Assembly (NCBI GenBank): GCA_965217035.1
Contig: OZ244226.1
Coordinates: 1,532,146 to 1,596,145, forward strand
DNA: 64,000 nucleotides
DNA from: Bacteriovoracaceae bacterium
GTDB taxonomy: Bacteria; Bdellovibrionota; Bacteriovoracia; Bacteriovoracales; Bacteriovoracaceae
Direction: 5' to 3'
The translations under genes and the position numbers were made by a program. This document shows positions 1 through 10,806 of the stretch, piece by piece; position 1 is the stretch's first letter, and each line of letters opens with the position of its first letter. Under the pieces are notes generated by a model that was given only the letters and a program-made list of their open reading frames with translations, ran no database searches and was not told where the DNA came from.

Positions 1-833
1 TCTTTTTTAACTGCTAATAAATTAGATTCTGCACCTTTGATGTTGAAGTTACTTTCTTTAATCAGCGGATGAAACTTCAAAGAATTTTCCAAAATTTCAC
101 CTTCTTCCATCGATAAAAAAATTGCTTCTGGCTTTACGAGGAAAAAATCAACAGGATAATAATCAAGGATAGATTTATAGTAATTATTCGCCCTATTAAT
201 ATTTCCTTGAAAAATTCGAACAGTATTACAAACTGATTGCTTCCTGGATTTTATAAGCTCTATATCATAAGACTCTAATGTTCTTTCATTTTTCTCGAGG
301 TTCTTTTTAAGATCCCAGAGATCATTGTAAGCATTCAAACTATAAACCAAAGCTATCCGTTCTCTTAGAACACTTATATAACTATCAGCCGCAGCCAAAG
401 CAATTCTATTCATTAAATTTTCAATTTTTGCTTGTGCGGCCCTGGATCTTTCTTCTGCTGCTTTTATTTGGCTCCTCACAAGACCAAAATCAAAAACAGA
501 AACACTCGTTGAAAGGCGAGGTGTAAAACTTGTAATATTACCTCTTGGAGAACCAGCAAAATTTTCAAGTGTTCCGTAGGCTAAATTTAAATTTCCTTGA
601 ACATCTCTTGCTGATTGAGCGATCTCAATATCTGCTTGTGACTTTTCATAACTTAGTCTTGATCTCATAACAGACGGATGAGTTTCTAAAGCCTGTTGAA
701 TAACATCATTGATCGTAATTTTTTCTAGGCCATGATTGTCTGCAATATTTTCTATTTCATCGCAACTGGCATGAGATCTAGCCGGCAATAATACGAGATT
801 AAATAATAAAATGAATAGGTTAAAGCTCTTCAA
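1..833 (-). CDS. TolC-family outer membrane efflux protein (3' end runs off the window)
   Basis: Not in the ORF track; translated by hand from TTG at 833 with AGGAAGG upstream. Signal-like N-terminus, then ITINDVIQQALETHPSV...SVFDFGLVRSQIKAAE...ALAAADSYISVLR and a second ENSLKFHPLIK repeat, typical of OEP/TolC domains. Confidence 0.8.
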   Translation of the reverse strand, partial: MKSFNLFILLFNLVLLPARSHASCDEIENIADNHGLEKITINDVIQQALETHPSVMRSRLSYEKSQADIEIAQSARDVQGNLNLAYGTLENFAGSPRGNITSFTPRLSTSVSVFDFGLVRSQIKAAEERSRAAQAKIENLMNRIALAAADSYISVLRERIALVYSLNAYNDLWDLKKNLEKNERTLESYDIELIKSRKQSVCNTVRIFQGNINRANNYYKSILDYYPVDFFLVKPEAIFLSMEEGEILENSLKFHPLIKESNFNIKGAESNLLAVKK

Positions 834-848
834 AATTTACCTTCCTAA

Positions 849-923
849 TCACTCTCTGTACAAGCCAATTCTGCAACTGAATTCATTCGATATCGCAATT
901 TTACTGATCAATAAATTCTTCAT
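849..923 (-). CDS. Possible 24-aa small ORF/leader peptide upstream of the TolC gene (MKNLLISKIAISNEFSCRIGLYRE)
   Basis: ATG at 923 preceded by AAGGA; TGA stop abuts the TolC ribosome-binding site. No homology evidence. Confidence 0.25.
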   Translation of the reverse strand: MKNLLISKIAISNEFSCRIGLYRE

Positions 924-1150
924 TTTTATTCCTTTTATAGAATTATAAACTTCGCAAGGATCCTTAACCATAATCCCGTAAACCTTACAAAAATAAGCCT
1001 AGATTTTAGACACTTCTCGTCTTGGTGCGTATGTAGTGAATAAAAAACGATGATAAATGAGATGTTTTAGGGCCATGATAGAGAACGAGGAATTTGTTGA
1101 TCTCGCTTAACGCTGTCGCAATAAAGATGATTGGTTAGTTTTACTTGAAT

Positions 1151-1238
1151 TGGCGGAGGACGAGGGATTCGAACCCCCGGAGGCGCGAACCTCAATAGTT
1201 TTCAAAACTACCGCCTTCGACCACTCGGCCAGTCCTCC
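1151..1238 (-). tRNA. tRNA-Ser (anticodon TGA)
   Basis: Reverse complement gives GGAGGAC/GTCCTCC acceptor stem, discriminator G, encoded CCA, anticodon loop TTTGAAA, long variable arm and GGTTCGAATCC T-arm. Confidence 0.97.
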
Positions 1239-1254
1239 GCAAAAGTGTTCCCCT

Positions 1255-1283
1255 AATATACGAGGAACGCTTAAAAATGACAA
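1255..1283 (-). promoter_or_regulatory. Sigma70-type promoter for tRNA-Ser
   Basis: TTGTCA-17 nt-TATATT on the minus strand, 16 nt upstream of the mature tRNA. Confidence 0.7.
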
Positions 1284-2552
1284 TTATTTGCTTATCAGTT
1301 CAATTCCACCCATATAAGGGCGAATGACCTTTGGAACCACAATACTTCCATCTTTCTGCTGAAAGTTCTCAAGAATCGCAACCAATGTTCTTCCCACGGC
1401 TAAACCTGATCCATTGAGAGTATGAGCAAACTCTGGCTTTTTATCAGTTTTATAACGAATCATGGCCCTACGAGCCTGGAAATCCCAACAATTAGAAATA
1501 CTAGAAATTTCACGAAATTTATCTTGAGAAGGTAGCCAAACCTCAAGGTCAACAGTTTCTCTCGCACCGAATCCAATGTCACCAGTGCAAAGCTTTACCG
1601 CACGATAAGGAAGTTCAAGTTGTTCTAAAATCTGGCAAGCACTTTCAACCATTTCCTGATGAGCTCTTTCAGAATCATCCGCCGCAGTAATGTTAACCAT
1701 TTCAACTTTTGAAAACTGATGCATTCTAATGAGTCCACGAGTATCTTTTCCATAAGAACCAGCTTCACTTCTAAAACATGGCGTATAAGCAACATAGCGA
1801 AGTGGTAATTCTTTTGCTGGAAAATTTTGCTCACGTTTCAGATTTGTCACAGGAACTTCAGCCGTCGGAATTAAATACCAATCTCTTCCTTCAATTTTAA
1901 AAAGATCATCTTCAAACTTAGGCAACTGGCCCGTTCCAAAAAGAGTTTTATCATTAACGATAAACGGAGGAATGATCTCTTCGTAACCCTTTCCCAAATG
2001 AAAGTCGATCATATAATTCGCTAAAGCTCGCTCTAAACGTGCTAAAAGTCCTTTATAAACGACAAAACGTGCTCCCGTTAACTTTGCAGAAGTTTCAAAA
2101 TCGAGCATTCCGAGCTCTTCACCTAGAGTTGCATGATCTTTAACTTCGAAATCAAAGTTTGGAATATCACCAGTCTTTTTAAACTCAACATTACAATCTT
2201 CATCAGCACCATCTGGAACATTATCAGAAATTAAATTTGGAATCGTCGCAAGAAGTTCGTTGATTTCTTCTTGAACTTTATGAAGTCCTTCTTCTTCCGC
2301 CTGCATAACACTTTTCAGAGTAGCAACTTCTTTTATTTGGGCGTCAGCATCTTTACCCTCTCGCTTGAGTCCACCGACTTCTTTAGACAAAGAATTAATT
2401 TTTGCTTTTTTGTCTTCAACAGTTTGGATAAAAGTTTTTCTTTTTAAATTTAAGGACAAAATTTCATCAATAATCGAAGTATCGAAACTTCTTCGTGTGA
2501 GGTTTTTTTTCACATAATCCGTTTCTGTTTCAATTAATTTCAGATCTAACAT
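1284..2552 (-). CDS. serS: Serine--tRNA ligase
   Basis: MLDLK start, coiled-coil arm, [57 protein letters not shown]. Confidence 0.98.
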   Translation of the reverse strand: MLDLKLIETETDYVKKNLTRRSFDTSIIDEILSLNLKRKTFIQTVEDKKAKINSLSKEVGGLKREGKDADAQIKEVATLKSVMQAEEEGLHKVQEEINELLATIPNLISDNVPDGADEDCNVEFKKTGDIPNFDFEVKDHATLGEELGMLDFETSAKLTGARFVVYKGLLARLERALANYMIDFHLGKGYEEIIPPFIVNDKTLFGTGQLPKFEDDLFKIEGRDWYLIPTAEVPVTNLKREQNFPAKELPLRYVAYTPCFRSEAGSYGKDTRGLIRMHQFSKVEMVNITAADDSERAHQEMVESACQILEQLELPYRAVKLCTGDIGFGARETVDLEVWLPSQDKFREISSISNCWDFQARRAMIRYKTDKKPEFAHTLNGSGLAVGRTLVAILENFQQKDGSIVVPKVIRPYMGGIELISK

Positions 2553-2560
2553 TTCTAGTC

Positions 2561-5524
2561 CTATTTTAGTTTTTTGATGATCGATTTAATTTTTTCTGCA
2601 TTTTCAGATTGAGGATTTAATTCTAAATAAGTCTTGTAAGATTCAATCGCTAAGCGCGATTGACCTAAATATCGATAAACCTCTCCAATTCGATAATGCA
2701 CCTCTATTTCTACCTGTCCGCTAGTTTCTAATACTTTTTTAAAGATATCAAGAGCTGCCTCTAGTTGATTTCGCCGAAACTTAACTTCCGCCAAACCTTT
2801 CAATAATTCAATATTGTCTGGGTCCAACCTCTGTGCTTTTTTGTATTGAGCTTCTGCCTTAATCCATTCTTCATTTTGACGATAAATATTCCCAAGCTGA
2901 ATATAGCCATATGAAGCGAACCGATTCAGTGCAATTTCTTTTCTTGCCAACTCAATTGCAGACTCCGAATCCCCTTTAAGCATAGCTACTTTACTCAGAA
3001 GATAATGAAGCCTAGGATAGCTGTTTATCTTCTCTTGAATTTCTAAAAGAACAGCCTCAGCTTCTTCAAACTTTCCAAGATCAAAATAAGTCTGTGCTAA
3101 AATAATACGAACACTGTGGTCTGCCCTATTATGACTAAGATAGAGTTCTGCATTTTTTAAAACTTCGCCATATTTTTGCTCTACTTGAGCGGCTTTCATT
3201 AAAAATAAATATAACTCTGAGTCAGCATTAATATCTTTTCCTATTTCAGCCTTGAGAGATTCAAAACTTTTGATTTGCCCACTTCTGTAAAAAAACATGG
3301 CGATTTTATGTTTAATTTTTGAATTATCAGGATAGTCCTTTTCAAGGCCTCTTAAATATCCCAATCCTGTATCAACATCTTGAATTTCATAAATTATGTC
3401 AGCGTACAAAATTTTGTAATCAATCTTTGAAGGATTTAGATCAATTAAACGATTAATAATATTTCTTGCTCGATCAAACTGATTATTTTCGAGATATATT
3501 TTAGAAAGTCTATAAAGTGCACTTTCTTGAAGAGGATTAATTTTAATTGCTTTCTGTAACCAAAGAATCGAGCGCAAAAGATCTTTTTTATTTTGATAAA
3601 ACAAAGCAACGACTTCTGCATATTCAGGATCATTCCCAAGTTTCTGATTGAGTTCTTGGATAATAACCAAACCTTCTCGAAATTTATAAGCATAGGCATA
3701 AGCCTTAAGTAATAATATATCAAAACTCTTGCTTCTCCTGGGTGTTTTTCGAATTTTATTTAAGCTCTTAATCGCTTCTTCAAGATAACCATATTCAATT
3801 TGAATTTCTATTAATAATTTTTGAGCTGGTAAATAATCAGGATAAATATCTGTCGCATTAATTGCATTTGTAAGCGCTAATTCAAAATTGTTCTTTTCAA
3901 AGTTCTTTCGAGCTTTAATGATATAATTAATTGATTTCGACTTTGCAACTAACTGACTTATCTCTGAATATTGCTCATTATTTTCTAGTGTAGAAAGTTT
4001 CGCAATTATTTCACTTTCAGGGTTGATATCAATAGCCTTTGAAAAATATTTTCGAGCTTCTTTGTATTGGCCTGACATTGCCAGAACAACACCTAAAGTT
4101 TCAAGATACTGTGAATAATAAGCTCTATTAAACTCAAACCTTGCAGCCTTAACAGTCTCCAGGAGACTTTGGACTTTTTTATTTTCTTTTGTAAAAAGAT
4201 AATAACGTATTCCATGGAATATAATAGCTAAACTATCCGGATATTCGTTATAGGCTCTCGCAAAAGCTGAACCGTAGTCCTCATAATTGTTTTCAATCTC
4301 AAGATATTCTAAAATCGCAAGATAGGAGCGCACTTTTAATGATTCTCTTGCTATTAGTCCATTGACAATTTTACGAGCATCTTTAATATTTCCAACTTTT
4401 ATTAATGCTCTTAAATAAGTAGAAGTTAATCCTTCTGTGATTTTATCGTTTAATTTTCTGTACTGTTCAATTAAATAAATCGCTGCATCGGGTTTATTAA
4501 CATTAAGAAAAAATTTTGCTCGTAAATTTACAGACCTTGGTTTCTTTAAATCCTTAGAACTTTTCACATAACTTAAAATTTTGAAAACTTTTGCTCCATC
4601 AGAACTTATTTTTTCACTATAAGGAAGAAGGTCAACATAGGTATTAGCAAGATAACTCAAAACTTTATCGTTTTCACTAAATCTAGCAGCCTTGATTGCA
4701 ATTTGAGATCTTTTTAATAAATCTGGTAGCTTATAGTCCACTAAGCCCGATGCTTCATCCAGAATGCTCAAAGCTTTATCATCATTAATTTCATTTCCCA
4801 GTACAGGAATGGAAAATTTTGGAACTATAAAGGAGTTATTTTTTTTCTTAGTTGATCCGTCATCATCAAGAAGAAATAAAATAATAAGAAGAATCGCTAA
4901 AATCGTAACAATATTTTTTTTATTCTTTTTTGGAAGTTCTTCTATTTCTTTTTCGTTTAGATCTTCAACTTTTTCCTCTTCAAGTTTTTTTTCTGTTTCA
5001 TCAGCTTCTACAAGTGCATTTTTAATTTCTTCTACATTGTAAAATTGAGTTCGATCTTCTTGCTCTTCTTCCGGCTCTGTCTCTTGTTTTTTTAATGCCT
5101 TCTCCAGATTTTTTTCAATACCCTTTTTATTCTCTTCGAGATAATCATAAGTATCTTTTGTAATTAAAGTTGAACTTAAATCAATATCTTCTTTTTCTTT
5201 GATATATTTTTTTTTCTGAGTATTAATTTCTGCTGATTTAACTTTATCTTTTTTTCTTTTTAATTTTTTTTGAATTTGAGTTGTTTCTTGTTTATTACCA
5301 AATTGTTCTTTGAGTTTTAAAACAAGAGAAGACTCAGTGACAGATTCCTCACTCAGATCTTCAAAACCAGGTATATCTAGGAGACTATACCACTTTTCTT
5401 CTGTTACTGGGTTACAACGAATAAAACGAGGAAAGTAACCTTTCCTTACCAATTTCTTGATTTCATCAGCACTATAGGGGCCAATAATTTCATTATTAAA
5501 TTGAACGCGATATTTTTCTGCCAT
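2561..5524 (-). CDS. Membrane-anchored TPR protein with N-terminal GYF_2-like domain
   Basis: YRVQFNNEIIGPYSADEIKKLVRKG (GYF_2-like), charged linker, one TM helix (IVTILAILLIILFLL), then many TPR repeats. Confidence 0.8.
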   Translation of the reverse strand: MAEKYRVQFNNEIIGPYSADEIKKLVRKGYFPRFIRCNPVTEEKWYSLLDIPGFEDLSEESVTESSLVLKLKEQFGNKQETTQIQKKLKRKKDKVKSAEINTQKKKYIKEKEDIDLSSTLITKDTYDYLEENKKGIEKNLEKALKKQETEPEEEQEDRTQFYNVEEIKNALVEADETEKKLEEEKVEDLNEKEIEELPKKNKKNIVTILAILLIILFLLDDDGSTKKKNNSFIVPKFSIPVLGNEINDDKALSILDEASGLVDYKLPDLLKRSQIAIKAARFSENDKVLSYLANTYVDLLPYSEKISSDGAKVFKILSYVKSSKDLKKPRSVNLRAKFFLNVNKPDAAIYLIEQYRKLNDKITEGLTSTYLRALIKVGNIKDARKIVNGLIARESLKVRSYLAILEYLEIENNYEDYGSAFARAYNEYPDSLAIIFHGIRYYLFTKENKKVQSLLETVKAARFEFNRAYYSQYLETLGVVLAMSGQYKEARKYFSKAIDINPESEIIAKLSTLENNEQYSEISQLVAKSKSINYIIKARKNFEKNNFELALTNAINATDIYPDYLPAQKLLIEIQIEYGYLEEAIKSLNKIRKTPRRSKSFDILLLKAYAYAYKFREGLVIIQELNQKLGNDPEYAEVVALFYQNKKDLLRSILWLQKAIKINPLQESALYRLSKIYLENNQFDRARNIINRLIDLNPSKIDYKILYADIIYEIQDVDTGLGYLRGLEKDYPDNSKIKHKIAMFFYRSGQIKSFESLKAEIGKDINADSELYLFLMKAAQVEQKYGEVLKNAELYLSHNRADHSVRIILAQTYFDLGKFEEAEAVLLEIQEKINSYPRLHYLLSKVAMLKGDSESAIELARKEIALNRFASYGYIQLGNIYRQNEEWIKAEAQYKKAQRLDPDNIELLKGLAEVKFRRNQLEAALDIFKKVLETSGQVEIEVHYRIGEVYRYLGQSRLAIESYKTYLELNPQSENAEKIKSIIKKLK

Positions 5525-5554
5525 TTGCGTATTCTAATAAGTTTCTATGTACTT

Positions 5555-5563
5555 ATTATAGCA
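5555..5563 (-). promoter_or_regulatory. Extended -10 promoter element for the TPR-serS unit
   Basis: TGcTATAAT on the minus strand, 30 nt upstream of ATG 5524. Confidence 0.6.
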
Positions 5564-5597
5564 GAATCTAGGTTTTAATGAGTCTTAGGACTAGTTT

Positions 5598-7070
5598 TTA
5601 GCCACCCATTGCTATAGTAGCTGCTGAGTATACTTTATAAATTTTGTCCCAAAAGATTCCTAATGCAACAACTGGAACTGTTAGTGCCGCAAGGTAAATT
5701 CTTGCAGGAACTGTAAAATCCGTTAATTCTTCACTTTCTTCATCTGGTTCATCCAGAGTCATTGTTTTTGCCAATCTAAGATAAAAGTAGAGAGAAATTG
5801 TCGAGTTAATCGCTGCAATAAATGAAAGTGTATAAAACTTGCTATTGATTGCCGCAGAAATCATATTGAACTTCGCAACAAAGCCTCCAAAAGGTGGCAT
5901 CCCTGCGAGAGAGAAAAGAACAATTAAAAAGCAAATTGTTAAAAATGGATAGCTTCGAATAAGCCCTCTAAAGAAAACATGATCATCGCTTCCATATCTA
6001 TTCACAACAAAACCAGTGATAAAGAAAGCTGCAAGAGTCATGAACATATAAACAAGTCCGTAAAATAGAATTGCATTAGTTCCGGATTCATTCATAACAA
6101 GAACACCCATCAGGATCATCCCTACATGCCCGATTGATGAATAAGCCAACATTCTTTTAACAGACTCTTGCCTTAAGGCGGCCAAGTTTCCAACCGTCAT
6201 CGTAAGGGCCGCAATAACTTGAAGGAAAATAACCCATACTTCACCAAGAGCAGACTCTGGTGAAAAGAATGTCATTGTTACTCTTGTTACTACCGCAATA
6301 CCTGCAAGCTTAGGTACAATGGCAAAGAAAGCCGTTACAGGAATTGGAGATCCCTGATAAACATCTGGTGACCACATATGAAATGGAAAACAAGCAATTT
6401 TATAACCAATACCAACAAAAAATAATAAGAATGAAACAAGCGCAGCTGTAAATTTCACTCCCTCAAGAGTTTTTACACCCTCTGCAAGATCAGCAAAGTT
6501 AATCGATCCAAATAGACCGTACAAGTGACTCATTCCAAAGAGCATAATACCTGCGGTAACTCCACCATAAAGAGCATATTTTATTCCAGCTTCTTGAGAT
6601 GTGCTCTCTTTTCTTTTCAAAGATGTCATAACATATGAAAGAATCGAAAGTGTCTCAACACCCAAATAGAGTGTCAGCAGGTTTGTCGATGATACTAAAA
6701 GCATACCACCTACTAAAACTCCGATCGCCATAATGAGATATTCTGATTTTAAAGTGTCATAAACATCTGTCGATTTATTACTAATGAAAAATGTACCAAG
6801 AGTTCCAATGACCATGATCATCTTCATTGATGTTCCAAAGGAATCAATAATAACTGAGTCAGCAAAAAGAGAAATTGGAGCAATGCCAAGGTTCCCAGAA
6901 AGTAAAAAGAAACAAAGAACCATTCCAATGATTCCTGTAATATAAACTAAGGTTCTTCCCCTCTCGGCCATTCCGTAAGCTGCTTCAACAAAGAGAAGAC
7001 CTAACATCGTTAAAATGGCAATCGCCTCAGGAAGGTAAAAAGATAAGTGTGTTAATAAACTTACGGTCAC
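5598..7070 (-). CDS. nuoN: NADH-quinone oxidoreductase subunit N
   Basis: PE near N-terminus, EAGIKY, GYKIACFPFHMWSPDVYQGSP, KRMLAYSSIGH, SLAGMPPFGGF.K; last gene of the nuo cluster. Confidence 0.95.
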   Translation of the reverse strand: MTVSLLTHLSFYLPEAIAILTMLGLLFVEAAYGMAERGRTLVYITGIIGMVLCFFLLSGNLGIAPISLFADSVIIDSFGTSMKMIMVIGTLGTFFISNKSTDVYDTLKSEYLIMAIGVLVGGMLLVSSTNLLTLYLGVETLSILSYVMTSLKRKESTSQEAGIKYALYGGVTAGIMLFGMSHLYGLFGSINFADLAEGVKTLEGVKFTAALVSFLLFFVGIGYKIACFPFHMWSPDVYQGSPIPVTAFFAIVPKLAGIAVVTRVTMTFFSPESALGEVWVIFLQVIAALTMTVGNLAALRQESVKRMLAYSSIGHVGMILMGVLVMNESGTNAILFYGLVYMFMTLAAFFITGFVVNRYGSDDHVFFRGLIRSYPFLTICFLIVLFSLAGMPPFGGFVAKFNMISAAINSKFYTLSFIAAINSTISLYFYLRLAKTMTLDEPDEESEELTDFTVPARIYLAALTVPVVALGIFWDKIYKVYSAATIAMGG

Positions 7071-7081
7071 GTCTATACTCC

Positions 7082-8605
7082 CTAGTATTGAGCCATCATT
7101 TCAACCAACTGACCGACACTTGCCTTCATAATATTCAGGATCGGAGCTGGAAAAATTCCAAAAACAATTACACAAGCACAAAGTGGTACCATATACCAAA
7201 CTTCTCTCGCATTCATATCGCTATAACTCTTAACTGATTCTGATACTTCTCCAAAGAACATTCTCTTATACATCCAAAGAAGATAAGCCGCTCCAATAAG
7301 AAGACCAAGAACAGCGATAACAGTAATAGTTGTAAATTTCTTATAAATACCTAAAAAGATAAGTGCTTCAGAGATAAATCCAGAAAGTCCTGGAAGACCA
7401 AGAGAAGCAAACATACCGATAATAAAGATCGTTGTGTATTTCGGCATATGAGTCGCAAGACCTCCATAACCTTTTGATCCGTCTGGTCTTACAATCCATC
7501 TATGATGAGATCTCTCGTAAAGAACACCAATCATAAGGAACATCATTGCTGTGCTTGTTCCGTGATTAAACATTTGAAGAACGGCTCCATTCATCCCTTG
7601 AGTTGTCATCGCCGCGAGACCAAGCATAACAAATCCCATGTGAGAAACTGAAGAATAGGCTACAAGTTTCTTAACATCTTTTTGCGCCATCGCACAGAAA
7701 GCACCGTAAAGTACAGACACAACCCCTAAGATGGCAATGATCGTAGAGTATTCAACCGTTGCTGCTGGAAAGATTGGGAAAGCAATTCTTAAGAACCCGT
7801 AAGTTCCCATCTTAAGCAAGACACCCGCAAGGATAACTGACACAGCAGTCGGCGCCTGAACGTGTGCATGTGGAAGCCATGTATGAAAAGGAAACACAGG
7901 AACCTTGATAGCAAAACCAAGGAACATGGCCCAAAAGAAAATTTTATTAAACGCCCACTCTGTTCCAAAAATATTCACAGTAAGATCAGTAAACTGTCCA
8001 CCATGCATTGCTAGAATATTGAATGAATCAATTCCTTTTCCAGTTGCATAGTAAAGCGCGATGATCCCGACAAGCATTACGATTGAACCGAAGAATGTAT
8101 AGAGAAAGAACTTAATCGCTGCATATTCCCTGTTCTCTCCCCCCCAGATTCCGATAAGAAAAAACATTGGTAATAACATTACTTCCCAATAAACGTAAAA
8201 TAAGAAGAAATCCATCGCCATGAAGACACCAAAAACTGATGACTGAAGCATGAGCATTAATGCGAAATAAGCTTTAACAGACTTTGTAATTGTCCAAGAA
8301 CTTAAAACACAAATAAAAAACAAAAGGCCTGTAAGAAGAATCATTGGAAGCGAGATTCCATCAATACCTAAGGAGTAAAAGATATTAAATTGCTCGATCC
8401 AAGGAACCTTGATTGAAAACTGCTCTTGCATCCCCGCAACACTTTGATCAAAACCTGAGTATAAAACCAGGGTCAGAATAAAAGTAAAACCTGTCGTCGC
8501 TAAACTAATGTAACGAACAAGTTGGTCTTTACCTTTTGGGGTGAAAAGGATTGCAATAATCCCAAGAACCGGTAACCAAAGAATGTAATTTAACAATGCA
8601 CTCAC
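7082..8605 (-). CDS. nuoM: NADH-quinone oxidoreductase subunit M
   Basis: GIDGISL, FYVYWEVMLLPM, IKVPVFPFHTWLP.AHVQAP, KKLVAYSSVSHMG, GLPGLSGFISE. Confidence 0.97.
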   Translation of the reverse strand: MSALLNYILWLPVLGIIAILFTPKGKDQLVRYISLATTGFTFILTLVLYSGFDQSVAGMQEQFSIKVPWIEQFNIFYSLGIDGISLPMILLTGLLFFICVLSSWTITKSVKAYFALMLMLQSSVFGVFMAMDFFLFYVYWEVMLLPMFFLIGIWGGENREYAAIKFFLYTFFGSIVMLVGIIALYYATGKGIDSFNILAMHGGQFTDLTVNIFGTEWAFNKIFFWAMFLGFAIKVPVFPFHTWLPHAHVQAPTAVSVILAGVLLKMGTYGFLRIAFPIFPAATVEYSTIIAILGVVSVLYGAFCAMAQKDVKKLVAYSSVSHMGFVMLGLAAMTTQGMNGAVLQMFNHGTSTAMMFLMIGVLYERSHHRWIVRPDGSKGYGGLATHMPKYTTIFIIGMFASLGLPGLSGFISEALIFLGIYKKFTTITVIAVLGLLIGAAYLLWMYKRMFFGEVSESVKSYSDMNAREVWYMVPLCACVIVFGIFPAPILNIMKASVGQLVEMMAQY

Positions 8606-8633
8606 GCGCGAACTCCTCTACTTAGGCTATTAT

Positions 8634-10805
8634 CTATACGACGAAGTTTATCCAAACCGTCATAACCGCCAACGCAATAATTAAAACTATAAAATAAATT
8701 TGTATTAAACCTGATTGAAGACCGCGAAGCACGGCGTGCCCTGTTTTTGCAAGAACGCCAAAAGCATCAACGGTATTATCAACAATATTATCATCAAACC
8801 AACGACTGGCTCGATATAGCATTCTATTAACCTTTTCCCACCCATCAATGGCATAACGATCATAGAGACCCATATCGATAAAAGCTAATAAGTTATTAAA
8901 TTTTAATAGTCCCTTCTGAATAATCACGTCGATGTAAATTTCATCAAAGTAATATTTATTCTTGAGAGCTGTTACCCAACCACTGAACATTCTTACGAAC
9001 TTTCCAGGATCAATTGAGTTCTTAATATACATAAGGAAGGCTAAAAGAATTGAGAAAAAGACAATAATAACAGAAGCTGTCGCTCCTTCAACGTGAGCAT
9101 GGTGAATCCCTTCTTTATTGTCTGGGTTCGGTCCGGCATATCCACTCATAGTTTCTTTATCATAGATTGTTTCTTCCATGCTTCGATTCTCACGTGTGTC
9201 TTCAAAGCTAAAAGCCTGATTTGTATATGATTCAAAACGAGCAAGATTATTTGTTGGAGCATCAACCAATGTTTTAAACCATTCATACTTAACAACTGGA
9301 AGCTTGATTGCTCCAAGCCCTGTCGCTGATCCAGCATAGAAAACACCAAGAGTGAATATAGAAAGAATTAAAAGAGGAATGTTTTGATTCCACTTAAGCT
9401 TTTCTGCATGTGCATGATCATAAATATGTTGATCTCTTGGCTTTCCATGGAAAGTTAAGAACATCATTCGGCACATGTAAAATGGCGTTAAGAATGCGCC
9501 AATAAAACCAAGTAGTGTTGGAATAGCAAACTTGAAACCAAGTCCTGCGTGAAGAGCCGTATAAAGAGCATCTCCAAGAATTCTATCCTTAGAAACAAAA
9601 CCAGAGAAAATTGGAACTCCTGCAATAGCAAGGGTACAACACCACATCGCAATCCAGGTCCATTTCATTTTATGACGAAGCCCACCCATCTCTGGCATCT
9701 CTTGAGTGTGAACAGTATGGATTACTGAGCCAGCAGAAAGGAAAAGACATGCTTTAAAAACTGCATGAGTAATTAAGTGCATAAAAGCAGCGTTATAAGA
9801 ACCAACCCCAATTCCAAGAACCATATACCCAAGTTGAGAAATTGTGGAAAATGCCAGAACTGCCTTAAGATCAGTCTGGATCATAGCGATAGTCGCAGCT
9901 CCAAAGGCCGTTATCCCACCAACATAGGCAATAAGATTTAAAAGGTCCCCAGCCACCATAAGCGGATACATTCTTAACGAAAGATAAACTCCTGCTGCAA
10001 CCATAGTTGCTGCGTGAATAAGAGCAGAACACGGTGTCGGTCCCATCATCGCATCAGGTAGCCAAACCTGAAGTGGAAACTGAGCAGACTTTCCAATTGT
10101 CCCCATGAAGATACACACACCAGCAAAGGTCGTAAGGGCAATACCCATGACAGTTAGCCCCTCAAAAGCTCCTGCATTAATCGCCTTATAAATACTAACA
10201 AAGTCAAAGCTTCCGACAACACTCCAGACAGCAAGAATACCTAATAGAAAAAAGACATCTCCTACTCTTGTTGTCATAAAAGCTTTAATAGAAGCATAAC
10301 CTGCTTTTTCTTTCTCAAAATAAAACCCTATAAGAGAGTAAGAACAAAATCCCATGATCTCCCAAAAGATAAAAACAGAAATAAGATTATCGGAAAGAAC
10401 TAGTCCTAACATCGCAGAAGTAAAGAGCGACAAATAAAGAAAGAAACGTTCATAACGGACATCGCCTTTCATATACCAGGTAGAAAAAATATGAATAAGC
10501 GAGGCTACACCGGTAACCATGAGGAGCATGATGGCCCCCATGTTATCGATATAAATCCCCATATTCATAACAAAACTTGGACCCAAATCGAACCAAGTGA
10601 AAACTTTATGAATGTAATAGTCAGTATTTGAGATACCCGTGAAATCAACAGCGATTCTTAAAGCATAAAAAAATGAAACAAGAATCCCTAAAACACTAAC
10701 TTTATCAACAAGCTTAGGTGCTTTCTTAATTAAAATGCTGTTAAGAGCAAATGCAAAAAAGGGAGCTAGAAATATTGGAGCAACATTCGCAATCGTATAA
10801 TCCAT
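8634..10805 (-). CDS. nuoL: NADH-quinone oxidoreductase subunit L
   Basis: FWEIMGFCSYSLIGF, KAFMTTRVGD, GKSAQFPLQVWLPDAM.GPTP.SALIHAATMV, HAVFKACLFL, C-terminal lateral helix region. Confidence 0.97.
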   Translation of the reverse strand: MDYTIANVAPIFLAPFFAFALNSILIKKAPKLVDKVSVLGILVSFFYALRIAVDFTGISNTDYYIHKVFTWFDLGPSFVMNMGIYIDNMGAIMLLMVTGVASLIHIFSTWYMKGDVRYERFFLYLSLFTSAMLGLVLSDNLISVFIFWEIMGFCSYSLIGFYFEKEKAGYASIKAFMTTRVGDVFFLLGILAVWSVVGSFDFVSIYKAINAGAFEGLTVMGIALTTFAGVCIFMGTIGKSAQFPLQVWLPDAMMGPTPCSALIHAATMVAAGVYLSLRMYPLMVAGDLLNLIAYVGGITAFGAATIAMIQTDLKAVLAFSTISQLGYMVLGIGVGSYNAAFMHLITHAVFKACLFLSAGSVIHTVHTQEMPEMGGLRHKMKWTWIAMWCCTLAIAGVPIFSGFVSKDRILGDALYTALHAGLGFKFAIPTLLGFIGAFLTPFYMCRMMFLTFHGKPRDQHIYDHAHAEKLKWNQNIPLLILSIFTLGVFYAGSATGLGAIKLPVVKYEWFKTLVDAPTNNLARFESYTNQAFSFEDTRENRSMEETIYDKETMSGYAGPNPDNKEGIHHAHVEGATASVIIVFFSILLAFLMYIKNSIDPGKFVRMFSGWVTALKNKYYFDEIYIDVIIQKGLLKFNNLLAFIDMGLYDRYAIDGWEKVNRMLYRASRWFDDNIVDNTVDAFGVLAKTGHAVLRGLQSGLIQIYFIVLIIALAVMTVWINFVV

Positions 10806-10806
10806 C

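Noticed and set aside
924..1151. tRNA-Ser 3' end as an integration site
   Set aside because: No integrase and no duplicated tRNA 3' end seen in the window; sequence left of position 1 is not visible.
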